Assembly: GCA_963736645.1 (NCBI GenBank)
Contig: CAVTPJ010000008.1
Location: 76,707-140,706 of the forward strand
Reading direction: 5' to 3'
Origin: an uncultured Thermoleophilia bacterium
Lineage (GTDB): Bacteria > Actinomycetota > Thermoleophilia > UBA2241
DNA: 64,000 nucleotides
The translations under genes and the position numbers were made by a program. Numbering within the stretch: the first letter of the stretch is position 1; every line of letters begins with the position of its first letter. Below the pieces are notes generated by a model. It had not been told where the DNA came from and searched no databases. It saw only the letters and a list, made by a program, of their open reading frames with translations. This document shows positions 10,671 through 19,806 of the stretch, one piece after another.

Positions 10671-11030
10671 TCAGCCGGCTTCGTCGCCGCCGGCCCGCTC
10701 GGCCCCTGCGTCGGACGGTCTCGGCGTGCCGTCCTGGTCTGCGGCGCGGGGGGACGCCGCAGGCCCGGCTGGCTCATCACTTGCGTCGTGTGCGCCTCTC
10801 GCCTCGGCCTCGCGCAGCTCCTGCCGGCGCTCCTCCTCCGACAGCGCGGAGACGCGCACGCTGCGGAGCCGGCGCCGGATCTTCATGCCGCGGGTGATCA
10901 TGGCCACAGTCTGCTCGCGGCAGGTGAGGAGGGCGTGAGCGGGGCGCCACGACGCGGTGAATCGGGCGGACGCACCACGACCGGTCGACGCGCCCATCGT
11001 GTCTCCGCGCCCGTCTCGCGGCCGCTTCAC
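10671..11030 (-). CDS. hypothetical small protein, basic N-terminal half with an acidic/Pro-rich tail (start uncertain)
   Basis: The minus-strand frame has strongly G/C-biased third positions across [34 protein letters not shown] recognise no family. Possible starts are 11030 (GTG), 10998 (ATG) and 10902 (ATG). Confidence 0.4.
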   Translation of the reverse strand: MKRPRDGRGDTMGASTGRGASARFTASWRPAHALLTCREQTVAMITRGMKIRRRLRSVRVSALSEEERRQELREAEARGAHDASDEPAGPAASPRAADQDGTPRPSDAGAERAGGDEAG

Positions 11031-11033
11031 GCC

Positions 11034-11055
11034 GCGCTAACCGTTCGCTAACACC
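11034..11055 (+). promoter_or_regulatory. candidate Pho box upstream of phoU
   Basis: The sequence is GCGCTAACCGTTCGCTAACACC, with CTAAC cores at 11037-11041 and 11048-11052. A TAGGTT -10-like hexamer lies at 11063-11068. Confidence 0.6.
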
Positions 11056-11175
11056 AGGGAGGTAGGTTGCACGCGTGGCGGCGTAGACGCGCGCAGTCAG
11101 CATGAGTGACAGCGGTCATCCGGACAGAGACAGTGCATCGGCCGATGAAAGCCCCGGCTGAGGCGCGGGGGGACG

Positions 11176-11898
11176 ATGGGACATCTTCAGCGTGAGATAG
11201 ACAAGCTCAAGCGCAAGGTACTGGCCCTCGGTGCGATCGTGGAGGAGAACCTCCGCCTCGCCTTCCAGGCGATCGACCAGAGGGACGAGGCGAAGGCGCG
11301 GCGCGTGATCGAGACAGATGTGCTGATCGACCAGAGCGAGGTCGACGTCGAGGAGGAGTGCCTCAAGATCCTCGCGCTCTACCAGCCGGTGGCCAGCGAC
11401 CTGCGCTTCGTCGCCGCCGTCATCAAGATCAACAGCGAACTGGAGCGCATCGGCGACCTGTCCGCCAACATCGCCGAGCGCGCCCTCCAGCTCGTGGACG
11501 AGCACCCGGTGGCCGTGCCTCACCACGTCGCCGTGATGGCCGATCGCACGTGGACCATCCTCGAGAGGGCGCTCGACGCCCTCGTCCGCCAGGATGCGGT
11601 GACGGCGCGGGAGGTCCTGTCGGCCGACGACGAGATCGACGAGCTCTACGCGGAGCTCATCGAAGAGCTCAAGGCCGCCATCCGCGCCGACGTCGAGCAT
11701 CTCGACGCGATCGTGCTGCTGTTCAGCGTCGCGCGCTACCTCGAGCGGCTCGCCGACCACGCCACCAACATCGCCGAGGACGTGCTCTACATGGTCGAGG
11801 GCGAGATCCAGCGGCACCACATGCCGCCGGTCGCGCCGGGTACTGCCGAGGAGTTGCTGCGCCTGCGCGATCTCGGCTTCCAGGACGGAGCGTGCTGA
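11176..11898 (+). CDS. phoU: phosphate signalling complex protein PhoU
   Basis: 240 aa made of two PhoU repeats (DQSEVDVEEECLKILALYQPVASDLRFV and ELERIGD-type helices). Confidence 0.9.
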   Translation: MGHLQREIDKLKRKVLALGAIVEENLRLAFQAIDQRDEAKARRVIETDVLIDQSEVDVEEECLKILALYQPVASDLRFVAAVIKINSELERIGDLSANIAERALQLVDEHPVAVPHHVAVMADRTWTILERALDALVRQDAVTAREVLSADDEIDELYAELIEELKAAIRADVEHLDAIVLLFSVARYLERLADHATNIAEDVLYMVEGEIQRHHMPPVAPGTAEELLRLRDLGFQDGAC

Positions 11899-11970
11899 AC
11901 CTCCGCGGCTGACGTGCGCCCGCCTCGCCCTTCCGGTGCCGGTCCGGCCCCGGCCGCCGCACTTCTGTGG

Positions 11971-13473
11971 TCAGTCGACCTTGATGGTCGTGGTCGGCGA
12001 CTTCGCCGTGCCGCTCGAGAAGTAGTACCTGGTGGTCTGCGCCGGGCTCACCGTGATGCTGTACGCGGAGTAGCGGGCGGTGTAGCCGTCGGGGAGCTTC
12101 TCGACGGTGCGCGTGGTCGCGACGCTCCGCGAGCGCCAGCGGCCGTCGTAGTAGGAGTGCAAGGTGACGGTGGCGCCCGCGGCCAGAGCCGGGTACAGGC
12201 GCCCCCTCAGTGCGATCCTGCCGCCAGCTGAGATGCCTGCGTTGTCGCGGGCGGCCGGGTTGATGCCCATGCTCCGGAACGCCGCCCAGGCGCTGTTCAG
12301 CCCCAGCTTCATGCGGAGCGAGCCGCCATCGATGTACTTGGTGCCGCCGCTGCCGATGATCGCCGCCTTCACGATGCGCGGAGACGTGCCGCGCTTGACT
12401 GTATACACGGCGCGAAGCGAGCCGTTCGCCGCGAGGGGGCCGCCGACCTGTGATGCGGTGCGGCGCAGCGGGCCCCAGTCGTGCAGCGACCCGTAGGAGT
12501 CGTAGGGATCGCTCACGCCCTTGAGGTAAGGGATGGGGGAGGCCGCGGCCCAGGCGAGCTCGATGTTCTCGGTATGGCCGCCGGAGCAGGAGAAGTAGGC
12601 GGCGAAGATCGGCTTGCCGCCGTACGTGGGGCAGATGCCGGCAGTCTCGCTGACGGCGGCATTGGTGCGCGGGTCCTCGATGCCGACGCCGACGTAGGCT
12701 TGATCGCGGACATCGCAGTAGACGTCCCATGCCTGGTCCGGCTGCCGGCTGCCAAGGCTGTACGCGCGTGCGGCGCAGGCCTGTGCCTTGAGCGACGCCG
12801 TTGGCCATGACGGTGACACTTCGTGAGGCACGACGCCGCGCAAGTAGCTCTCCAGCGGCACCTGGTTGATCATCATGAGAGCGCCGCCGATGCGGGCGAC
12901 CTTGATGGTGCCGCGGTAGGCGCCTGTGTCGCCGAGGTCGGTCGCCGTGAGGATGCGAAGCGCCCTGGACGTCGGCGCGAAGGTCGGGGCAACGCTGAAG
13001 TCCCTGCGGAAGTCGCCGGCGACGACGCGGTAGACGCCGCCGGCGTACGTCGTCGTCGCCGTCTGGCCGCCGGGGATGGTCGACGCCACCGTGGTGCCCT
13101 TGACGGTGAAGTCGTCTGGGCAGGTCACCTTGACGGCGCTCAGGCCGCTGCGCAGGCGGACGCGAATGGTGGAGTTGGCCACGTTCGAGAACGAGATGCC
13201 CGTGTAGTAGTGCCTCAGGATCGCCTTGTAGGACCATCCATGCTTGGCGTAGCCATAGGCTCCCCACTGGGACATGCCGATGCCGTGCCCCCAGCCGTGA
13301 CCGGTGATCGTGAAGTCGTAGTGCGTCGTGAACGCGGACGCGGGTCCTGCGGCGCCCAGAAGGACGAGGGCGCCGAGGGCGACGGCGAGCGCCGGCCTGA
13401 CCCGGCGCCCGCGTCGGCGCGGTCGCGCGGGCGCGGCGAGCGGCTGGGGAGATGTGGGGTGCGGGATGCTCAT
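11971..13473 (-). CDS. SpoIID/LytB-domain cell-wall protein, secreted
   Basis: The SpoIID signature region is ESYLRGVVPHEVSPSWPTASLKAQACAARAYSL ... AYFSCSGGHTENIELAW. I prefer ATG 13473 (MSIPHP...) because it gives an Arg-rich n-region followed by a hydrophobic signal peptide. Confidence 0.85.
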   Translation of the reverse strand: MSIPHPTSPQPLAAPARPRRRGRRVRPALAVALGALVLLGAAGPASAFTTHYDFTITGHGWGHGIGMSQWGAYGYAKHGWSYKAILRHYYTGISFSNVANSTIRVRLRSGLSAVKVTCPDDFTVKGTTVASTIPGGQTATTTYAGGVYRVVAGDFRRDFSVAPTFAPTSRALRILTATDLGDTGAYRGTIKVARIGGALMMINQVPLESYLRGVVPHEVSPSWPTASLKAQACAARAYSLGSRQPDQAWDVYCDVRDQAYVGVGIEDPRTNAAVSETAGICPTYGGKPIFAAYFSCSGGHTENIELAWAAASPIPYLKGVSDPYDSYGSLHDWGPLRRTASQVGGPLAANGSLRAVYTVKRGTSPRIVKAAIIGSGGTKYIDGGSLRMKLGLNSAWAAFRSMGINPAARDNAGISAGGRIALRGRLYPALAAGATVTLHSYYDGRWRSRSVATTRTVEKLPDGYTARYSAYSITVSPAQTTRYYFSSGTAKSPTTTIKVD

Positions 13474-13825
13474 GGGACTCTGAGGCACCAGTGCCTCCTC
13501 GGCTGAGGATACGCGGCCCGTACGAACGGGGCAAACGCGCATGCGGTGGTCGTGACTGCTTCTGACATCGGGCGCTTTCTCCTTCTGCTTGAGACGCAGG
13601 AGGGGGCGCCCGTCCTAACCGAGCGCTCTCCGGACCGGCCACGAAGAGGCGGGCAGAGCTCGGCCGGATCCCGGCGACGAAGGCGGCGCCGGCAGCTTGC
13701 TCGTGCTACCCTCAGCGCTTCGCGTAGGGAAAGGCGGACCCGGCGGCGAAAGCGTGGACGGGCGCGCATGGGTGGCCTCGGCCACGCTCAAGGAGCCGGC
13801 CGACACGCCGATAGCTGTACGAGAT

Positions 13826-15160
13826 ATGAGACCACACCGCATCGCTCTCCAGAGCATCACCCTCGCGGCGCTGACGGCGGCGACGCTGCTCGTCTTTGTG
13901 GCTCCGGCGCTCGCCAAGTCGTACAGCGACGTGTCCAAGAGCCATTGGGCCTTCTCGTACATCTCCTCGGTGACCAATCGGTCGGTGGAAGGCCACCGCC
14001 TGCTCGACGACTTCGGAACCGCGTTCAGGCCCGAGCGCGCCATCACGCGAGCACAACTGGCGCGCTCGATCGTCCTTGCCTCCGGTCACTACGGCGAGAA
14101 GATCACGCCCATCGAGATCGGGGACGTTCCCGTGGGCGCGCGCTACTACTCGGCGATCCAGACGGCGGTGCGCAGGGGCTACATGTCGCTGGACAAGGAC
14201 GGCAACTTCCAGCCCACGGCGACGGTGTCGGCATACAGGGCGGAGACGGCGATGATCCGCTGGCTCAAAGAGCGGTACTCCTCGTTCGACTGGTCGCTGC
14301 TCGGCACACTTCAGCCGAGGCGCTGGCAGCCGAACGCGGGTTGGACCACGGGCGCGCCCTCCTATCTGCCGCCGCTGGTCGCCTCGCGCCAGCTGCAGCT
14401 GCGGTTCAACCACTCGAGTGACGGCGATGGCCATGAGGTCACACCTGCCGAGGCCATCGACCGGGCGGAGATCGCCTACATGTTCCACCGCGCGTACAAG
14501 GTGGCCGGCGAGTGGACGCTCTACGGGCTCGCCGACTTCAGGAGCGTGGTCTTTCCGGCGCTCAGCGACCGCCAGAGGGAGGTGGTCGGGTTCGCGCTCA
14601 AGTACATCGGCTACCCGTACATCTGGGGGGGCGAGTACCCGACAAGGAACTCGCCCTACGGCTACCAGAAGGCCGGCGGGTTCGACTGCTCGGGCTACGT
14701 CTTCTACATCATGAAGATGCACTTCGGCTACGGCATCACAGTGAACGAGCGGGGCGCGCACGACATGGCTGCCCGCGCCAAGCCGCGCATCACGCGGAGC
14801 CAGCTCAAGTGCGGCGACCTCATCTTCTTCGGGCCCAAGGGCCCGAGCTCGAGCGTGGAATCCATCTACCATGCGGCGCTGTACCTCGGGAAGGGTTGGT
14901 TCATCCACTCGACGGGCTCGAGCGACGGCGTCACGCTGGCGTCGCTGAACACGTCGAGCTACTGGAAGGCGGCGTTCGCCTGGGGCCGCCGGATGCTCAC
15001 GCCGTCCGAGCTCGTCGTGCCCTCGCCGTCGCCCTCGGCCGCCGCGATGGCGCAGCCCGCGCAGGCGACCACGCCGTCGCCGGACGCCGTGACGCCGTCA
15101 CCGGCCTCTCCGGCGCCCGAGTCGCCCACGTCTGAGTCCCCCTCGCCGGCACAGCCCTGA
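13826..15160 (+). CDS. SLH-domain (x3) NlpC/P60 peptidoglycan endopeptidase
   Basis: Signal peptide MRPHRIALQSITLAALTAATLLVFVAPALA. SLH-like repeats (YSDVSKSHWAFSYISSV...FRPERAITRAQLARSIV). NlpC/P60 core GGFDCSGYVFYIMK ... GDLIFFG ... HAALYLG. Confidence 0.85.
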   Translation: MRPHRIALQSITLAALTAATLLVFVAPALAKSYSDVSKSHWAFSYISSVTNRSVEGHRLLDDFGTAFRPERAITRAQLARSIVLASGHYGEKITPIEIGDVPVGARYYSAIQTAVRRGYMSLDKDGNFQPTATVSAYRAETAMIRWLKERYSSFDWSLLGTLQPRRWQPNAGWTTGAPSYLPPLVASRQLQLRFNHSSDGDGHEVTPAEAIDRAEIAYMFHRAYKVAGEWTLYGLADFRSVVFPALSDRQREVVGFALKYIGYPYIWGGEYPTRNSPYGYQKAGGFDCSGYVFYIMKMHFGYGITVNERGAHDMAARAKPRITRSQLKCGDLIFFGPKGPSSSVESIYHAALYLGKGWFIHSTGSSDGVTLASLNTSSYWKAAFAWGRRMLTPSELVVPSPSPSAAAMAQPAQATTPSPDAVTPSPASPAPESPTSESPSPAQP

Positions 15161-15241
15161 CGCCATCGGCAGGGATTGGCTCCCCACGCGCACACTGCCG
15201 TAGACTCGGTGCTGCATACGAACCGACCTGGGGGGGGTCTC

Positions 15242-16273
15242 GTGAGCGCTCATTGGAAGCTCATCGCTGCAATGGTCGTGGTGTCGCTCGCGATCGTCCC
15301 GGCCGCGTGTCTGCCGGCCGTCGCCCGGGCGGCGGAGCCGGCGCCGCTGTCGCTCGCGGCTGCGCCGCCGACGCTGACGTACGGCGCGTCCATGACGCTC
15401 ACCGCCACCACAGGCGTCCCGGGCGCCACCCTGAGTCTCAGCCGCAAGCGCTCCGGCGAGGCGGACTTCACCGTGGTCGACACGGTCGTCGCGGACGGGA
15501 GTGGTGTGGTCTCCTGGACGCGGACGCCACCGTCATCGGCGACCTTCCGCGTCGATTTCGCCGGCGACGAGATATGGGGTGCGGCGTCCGCGGAGGCGAG
15601 CGTGGGCGTGCGGCCGCGGGTCACGCTCGCCGTGACGGTGCGCACGCCCGTGGTCGAGGACGGGCGTATTCGCTACACGCTGACCGTGAGACCGGCTCAT
15701 CCCGGCGGAGCCGTGCAGCTGCGCCGCTGGACGGCGGAGGGCTGGACGGTCCTCAAGGACCTCACGCTGGGCGCTGACTCGAGGGCGACCGTCGTGCTGC
15801 CGGCCGGCAAGCCGGGCGAGCTGATTGTGCGCGCCGCGATGGCGGCCGACGCCGAACATCTCCCGGGTCACAGCCGGTCCTGGAAGACCACGGTGTACGA
15901 CCGCCGGAACCCCTACGGCGTCCCGACGAAGCCTGCGCACCTCATCCTCGTCGACCTGAGCCGGTACAAGCTCTACTACCACGAGCACGGTGTGTTGCTG
16001 CGGGTGTTCAAGTGCGTGCTCGGGCGGCCCGGGCTCCCGACGCCGAAGGGCCACTTCAAGATCTATGCCAAGGACCCGCACATGAGTGGTCCCTATGGGC
16101 CGTTCCGCATGCGGTACCTCGGTCTGTTCGCGATCCACGGCACCAACGAGCCCTGGCTCCTCGACCGCTTCCCGCGCAACTACTCGCACGGCTGCACGCG
16201 GCTCTCCAACACGAACATCACGTGGCTGTACTCGCGCGTGCACGTGGGGACCCCGGTCTGGAACGTGCCCTGA
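15242..16273 (+). CDS. L,D-transpeptidase (YkuD domain) with N-terminal Ig-like region
   Basis: The YkuD catalytic region is FAIHGTNEPWLL...YSHGCTRLSN. GTG 15242 gives an N-terminal TM/signal segment (WKLIAAMVVVSLAIVPAA). Confidence 0.85.
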   Translation: MSAHWKLIAAMVVVSLAIVPAACLPAVARAAEPAPLSLAAAPPTLTYGASMTLTATTGVPGATLSLSRKRSGEADFTVVDTVVADGSGVVSWTRTPPSSATFRVDFAGDEIWGAASAEASVGVRPRVTLAVTVRTPVVEDGRIRYTLTVRPAHPGGAVQLRRWTAEGWTVLKDLTLGADSRATVVLPAGKPGELIVRAAMAADAEHLPGHSRSWKTTVYDRRNPYGVPTKPAHLILVDLSRYKLYYHEHGVLLRVFKCVLGRPGLPTPKGHFKIYAKDPHMSGPYGPFRMRYLGLFAIHGTNEPWLLDRFPRNYSHGCTRLSNTNITWLYSRVHVGTPVWNVP

Positions 16274-16306
16274 TCCGAGAATGCCGGCATGGCGCCGGCC
16301 GGCAGA

Positions 16307-17308
16307 TCAGCCCAGCTCGCCGTACTGGCGCGCATAGTACTCGCGCCACTCGCCCGACTTGATCGGCCGCCACCACTCCGGGTGGTCGCGGTACCAGGCC
16401 ACGGTGCGAGCGAGGCCCGCGGCGAAGTCGACCTCCGGCCGCCATCCCAGCGCTCTGAGCTTCGTGCAGTCGATGGCGTAGCGGCGGTCGTGGCCCGGCC
16501 GGTCGGCGATGTGGCGGATGAGCTCGTCGCCTTTGCCGAGCAGCTCGAGGATGCGGCGCGTGAGCGCGAGGTTCTGCACTTCGTTGCCGCCGCCGATGTT
16601 GTAGACGTGCCCGGGCACGCCGTCGCGCAGCACGAGGTCGATGCCCGCGCAGTTGTCGTCCACGTGGAGCCAGTCGCGCACGTTGAGGCCGTCACCGTAG
16701 ACGGGGAGCCGCTGGTCGTCGATCGCGTTGGTGATGAAGAGCGGGACGATCTTCTCCGGGTACTGGTAGGCGCCGTAGTTGTTCGAGGAGCGCGTGATGA
16801 GCACCGGCGTGCCGAAGGTGCGGTGGTAGGACCGGACCAGCAGGTCGCCTGCCGCCTTGCTGGCCGAGTACGGGCTGGACGGGTCGAGGTCCGACTCCTC
16901 GGTGAAGGCCCCGGTCTCCGTGCTCCCGTAGACCTCGTCGGTGCTGATCTGCAGGTAGCGCGGGACCTCGAGTTCGCGGACCGCCTCGAGGAGGGTGTGC
17001 GTGCCGAGCACGTCGGTACGGATGAAGTCCTGCGGGCCGCTGATCGAGCGGTCGACGTGCGTCTCGGCGGCGAAGTTGACGACGGCGTCGGCGCCGCGCA
17101 GTGCCGCGCCGACGACCGAGGCGTCGCAGATGTCGCCGCGCACGAAGGTGTAGCGCGGGTCGTCCTCGACATCGCGCAGGCTCTCGAGGTTGCCGGCGTA
17201 CGTGAGCTTGTCGAGATTGACGATCTCGATGTCGTTGTGCCTGGTGAGCATGTAGCGCACGAAGTTGGAGCCGATGAACCCGGCGCCGCCGGTGACCACG
17301 AGTCTCAC
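16307..17308 (-). CDS. rfbB: dTDP-glucose 4,6-dehydratase
   Basis: 333 aa. MRLVVTGGAGFIGSNFV, YSASKAA and the conserved C-terminus. It is the last gene of the rml operon. Confidence 0.95.
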   Translation of the reverse strand: MRLVVTGGAGFIGSNFVRYMLTRHNDIEIVNLDKLTYAGNLESLRDVEDDPRYTFVRGDICDASVVGAALRGADAVVNFAAETHVDRSISGPQDFIRTDVLGTHTLLEAVRELEVPRYLQISTDEVYGSTETGAFTEESDLDPSSPYSASKAAGDLLVRSYHRTFGTPVLITRSSNNYGAYQYPEKIVPLFITNAIDDQRLPVYGDGLNVRDWLHVDDNCAGIDLVLRDGVPGHVYNIGGGNEVQNLALTRRILELLGKGDELIRHIADRPGHDRRYAIDCTKLRALGWRPEVDFAAGLARTVAWYRDHPEWWRPIKSGEWREYYARQYGELG

Positions 17309-17330
17309 GCTGTGCCTCCTGTGGTTCTCT

Positions 17331-18176
17331 CTACCCGAGCGGGATGAGCCTGTCGACGGCCTCGGCCACGCCTTCGGCCCAGTGCGGCAGGCGCGGGATG
17401 GGCCGTTCGGTGTCGAGGGCCGAGAAGGCCGGCCGGCGTGCCGGCCGGCCCGCCTCGGCCGTGGTGATCGGCTCGACCTCCACCTCGAGGCCGGCGATCT
17501 GGACGACCTCCCGGGCGAGCTCGCACCACGAACAGTAGCCGCTCCCGGCGAGGTGATAGATGCCGGGGCCGACGCCGCTCCGCAGTGCCTCGTCGACCGC
17601 CGCGGCGAGGTGCGTCGCGTAGGTGGGCGAGCCGACCTGGTCGTCCACCACCCGTAGAGGCTCGCCGGTCCGGGCGCGCTCCGTGGCCGCGGCGAGGATC
17701 GTCTTCACGAAGTTGTGGCCGGTCTCGCTGAACAACCAGGACGTCCGGAAGACGGTGCCGTGCACCCAACGGAGCACCTCCTTCTCGCCGGCCAGCTTGG
17801 TGCGCCCGTAGACGTTGAGCGGGCGCGGGCGGTCCGACTCCACGTACGGCGTGCCTTTGGCGCCGTCGAAGACGTAGTCGGTGCTGAAGCAGACGACGGC
17901 GGTGTGGGTGCCGCGCACCGCCTGGACGACGTTGCGCGTGCCGAGCACGTTGACGGCCTCGGCGGTCGCGGGATCCGTCTCCGCGCCGTCGACGTCGGTG
18001 AAGGCCGCACAGTGCAGCACCGCGTCTGGGGCGAAACCCCTCACCGCGGCGCGCACGGCCTCGGCGTCGCGGATATCCAGCGCCTCCTCGCGGCTGAGGA
18101 ACACCTCGCCCTCGAGGATGCGCGAGAAGGCTGTAGCCAGCTGACCCCCGGCCCCGGTGACGAACCAGCGCGGCAT
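17331..18176 (-). CDS. rfbD: dTDP-4-dehydrorhamnose reductase
   Basis: 281 aa. VTGAGGQLA near the N-terminus, YGRTKLAGE, and RPARRPAFSALD at the C-terminus, all typical of RmlD. Confidence 0.9.
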   Translation of the reverse strand: MPRWFVTGAGGQLATAFSRILEGEVFLSREEALDIRDAEAVRAAVRGFAPDAVLHCAAFTDVDGAETDPATAEAVNVLGTRNVVQAVRGTHTAVVCFSTDYVFDGAKGTPYVESDRPRPLNVYGRTKLAGEKEVLRWVHGTVFRTSWLFSETGHNFVKTILAAATERARTGEPLRVVDDQVGSPTYATHLAAAVDEALRSGVGPGIYHLAGSGYCSWCELAREVVQIAGLEVEVEPITTAEAGRPARRPAFSALDTERPIPRLPHWAEGVAEAVDRLIPLG

Positions 18177-18194
18177 GAGCGTCGCAGGCCGCGC

Positions 18195-18683
18195 CTAGCG
18201 CAGCTTGACGCCCCAGTCGTACGGGATGGCGGGTGTGTCGTGGGGCAGTTCGAGCTGGTCCGGGTCGTCGTACTTGTAGACCTCGGTGGGCGCGTTGACG
18301 ATGTACGCCTCTTCGGGGCCGACGCACTCCCAGCCGTGCCAGAGGCCCGGGGGCACCCGCACCAGGAGCGGCCGGTGCTCGCCGAGGAAGAACTCGTCGA
18401 TCTGCCCGGCCGTCGGCGACGGCCTGAAGCCCGGCGCGGCCGCGTCGCCCGCGGCCCCGCGGCCGTCGAACAGCACGAGCTTGATCATGCCTTTGACGCA
18501 GACGATGTTGTCCCACTGGGCGGCGTGCAGGTGCCAGCCTTTGACCACGCCCGGGAACGTCGTCGTCATGTAGAACTGCCCGAAGCTGATGAACAGCTCG
18601 TCGTCGTTCCGCAGGCACTCCATCAGGCGGCCGCGGTCGTCGGGGATCACCTTGAGCTGCTTGGTCATGACGCCGTCGATCAT
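18195..18683 (-). CDS. rfbC: dTDP-4-dehydrorhamnose 3,5-epimerase family (short cupin type)
   Basis: 162 aa. IPDDRGRLMECL ... GVVKGWHLH cupin motifs. It lies between rfbA and rfbD. Confidence 0.8.
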   Translation of the reverse strand: MIDGVMTKQLKVIPDDRGRLMECLRNDDELFISFGQFYMTTTFPGVVKGWHLHAAQWDNIVCVKGMIKLVLFDGRGAAGDAAAPGFRPSPTAGQIDEFFLGEHRPLLVRVPPGLWHGWECVGPEEAYIVNAPTEVYKYDDPDQLELPHDTPAIPYDWGVKLR

Positions 18684-18717
18684 GTGCTTCCTCCTCCGGG
18701 TGCGCGCCTGGCCGCGC

Positions 18718-19782
18718 CTACAGGATCCCGATCCGGCACGAGTCGCCGACCAGGAAGCGGTAGGCGACGGGGCGCGCCTCGCTGTGGGCGATCACGCAGT
18801 CGCGGCCGATGAGACTGTCGGTCATACGCGTGCCCAGGTGCGAGATGCGGCTGTTCTCGAGGACGATCGAGTGCTCGAGCTCGGCGTGGTCGACGACGAC
18901 GCCGTCGCTGATCGACGTGTACGGCCCCACGAACGTATCCGTGAGCCGGCAGCCCGCGCCGATCACGACCGGGCCGCGCACGGTGCAGCGCTCCAGTCTG
19001 CTGCCGGCGCCGATCTGGACGGCGCCCTCGATGGTGCTGTCGTCGAGGTCGCCTCGCACGTCTCGGACGAGGGTGCTCAGCACCAGACGATTGGCCTCGA
19101 GCATGTCCTCGAGCTTGCCCGTGTCCTTCCACCAACCGGTGACGACGTGCGGCTCGACGCGCAGGCCGCGGTCGACCAGGTGCTGGATGGCGTCGGTGAT
19201 CTCGAGCTCGCCGCGGGCACTCGGTGTGATCGCCTTGACGCTCTCGAAGACGGCCTGCGTGAACAGGTACACGCCCACCAGGGCGAGGTCGCTGCGAGGC
19301 TCGGCAGGCTTCTCGACGAGCCGCGAGACCCTGCCCTCGCCGTCGAGCTCGGCGATGCCGTAGCTCTGCGGGTCGGCGACCTTCTGCAGGAGGATGAGCG
19401 CGTCCGGGCGGCTCTCTTCGAAGGCCCTGACAAATGGCGCGATGCCCTCCTTGAGGAGGTTGTCGCCGAGGTACATGACGAACGGCTCATGGCCGAGAAA
19501 GGCCTCGCTGATGAGCACCGCGTGGGCGAGGCCCAGCGGCGCTTCCTGCGGGATGTAGGTGACGGAAAGACCGAAGCGGCTTCCGTCACCGACGGCGGCC
19601 TCTATCTCGGCGCGCGTCTCGCCGACGATGACACCGACCTCCACGATACCCGCCGCGCGCATGGCCTCGAGCCCGTAGAACAACACCGGCTTGTTGGCCA
19701 CCGGGACGAGCTGCTTGGCCGCGGTGTGGGTGATGGGCCGCAGGCGCGTGCCGGCGCCGCCGCTGAGGATGAGGCCTTTCAT
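18718..19782 (-). CDS. rfbA: glucose-1-phosphate thymidylyltransferase (long form with C-terminal hexapeptide domain)
   Basis: MKGLILSGGAGTRLRPITHTAAKQLVPVANKP is the nucleotidyltransferase signature. The C-terminus is left-handed beta-helix-like. Confidence 0.9.
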   Translation of the reverse strand: MKGLILSGGAGTRLRPITHTAAKQLVPVANKPVLFYGLEAMRAAGIVEVGVIVGETRAEIEAAVGDGSRFGLSVTYIPQEAPLGLAHAVLISEAFLGHEPFVMYLGDNLLKEGIAPFVRAFEESRPDALILLQKVADPQSYGIAELDGEGRVSRLVEKPAEPRSDLALVGVYLFTQAVFESVKAITPSARGELEITDAIQHLVDRGLRVEPHVVTGWWKDTGKLEDMLEANRLVLSTLVRDVRGDLDDSTIEGAVQIGAGSRLERCTVRGPVVIGAGCRLTDTFVGPYTSISDGVVVDHAELEHSIVLENSRISHLGTRMTDSLIGRDCVIAHSEARPVAYRFLVGDSCRIGIL

Positions 19783-19806
19783 GGGCGTGACCCCCTGCGC
19801 CCGCGG

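Noticed and set aside
11102-11161. A 19-codon upstream ORF (MSDSGHPDRDSASADESPG) in the phoU leader.
   Set aside because: It has no SD and modest codon bias, and a short ORF of this length is expected by chance in a 100-nt leader. This is insufficient evidence to call it.
13613-13630. TCCTAACCGAGCGCTCTCC, a possible fourth Pho box.
   Set aside because: Only one CTAAC core is present; the position 11 bp downstream reads CTCTC. No suitably spaced -10 hexamer was seen.
13474-13825. Possible c-di-AMP (ydaO-type) riboswitch in the 352-bp region upstream of the NlpC/P60 hydrolase. Such riboswitches often precede wall hydrolases, and CCCGTCCTAACCGAGCGC loosely resembles the conserved CCCGnCAGCUAACC element.
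   Set aside because: I could not find the other conserved ydaO elements in the right order; there are no AAUC-type motifs at all in the region and no paired GGGG/ACCC halves. A covariance-model search with the ydaO-yuaA model would settle it, but by eye the match is too weak.
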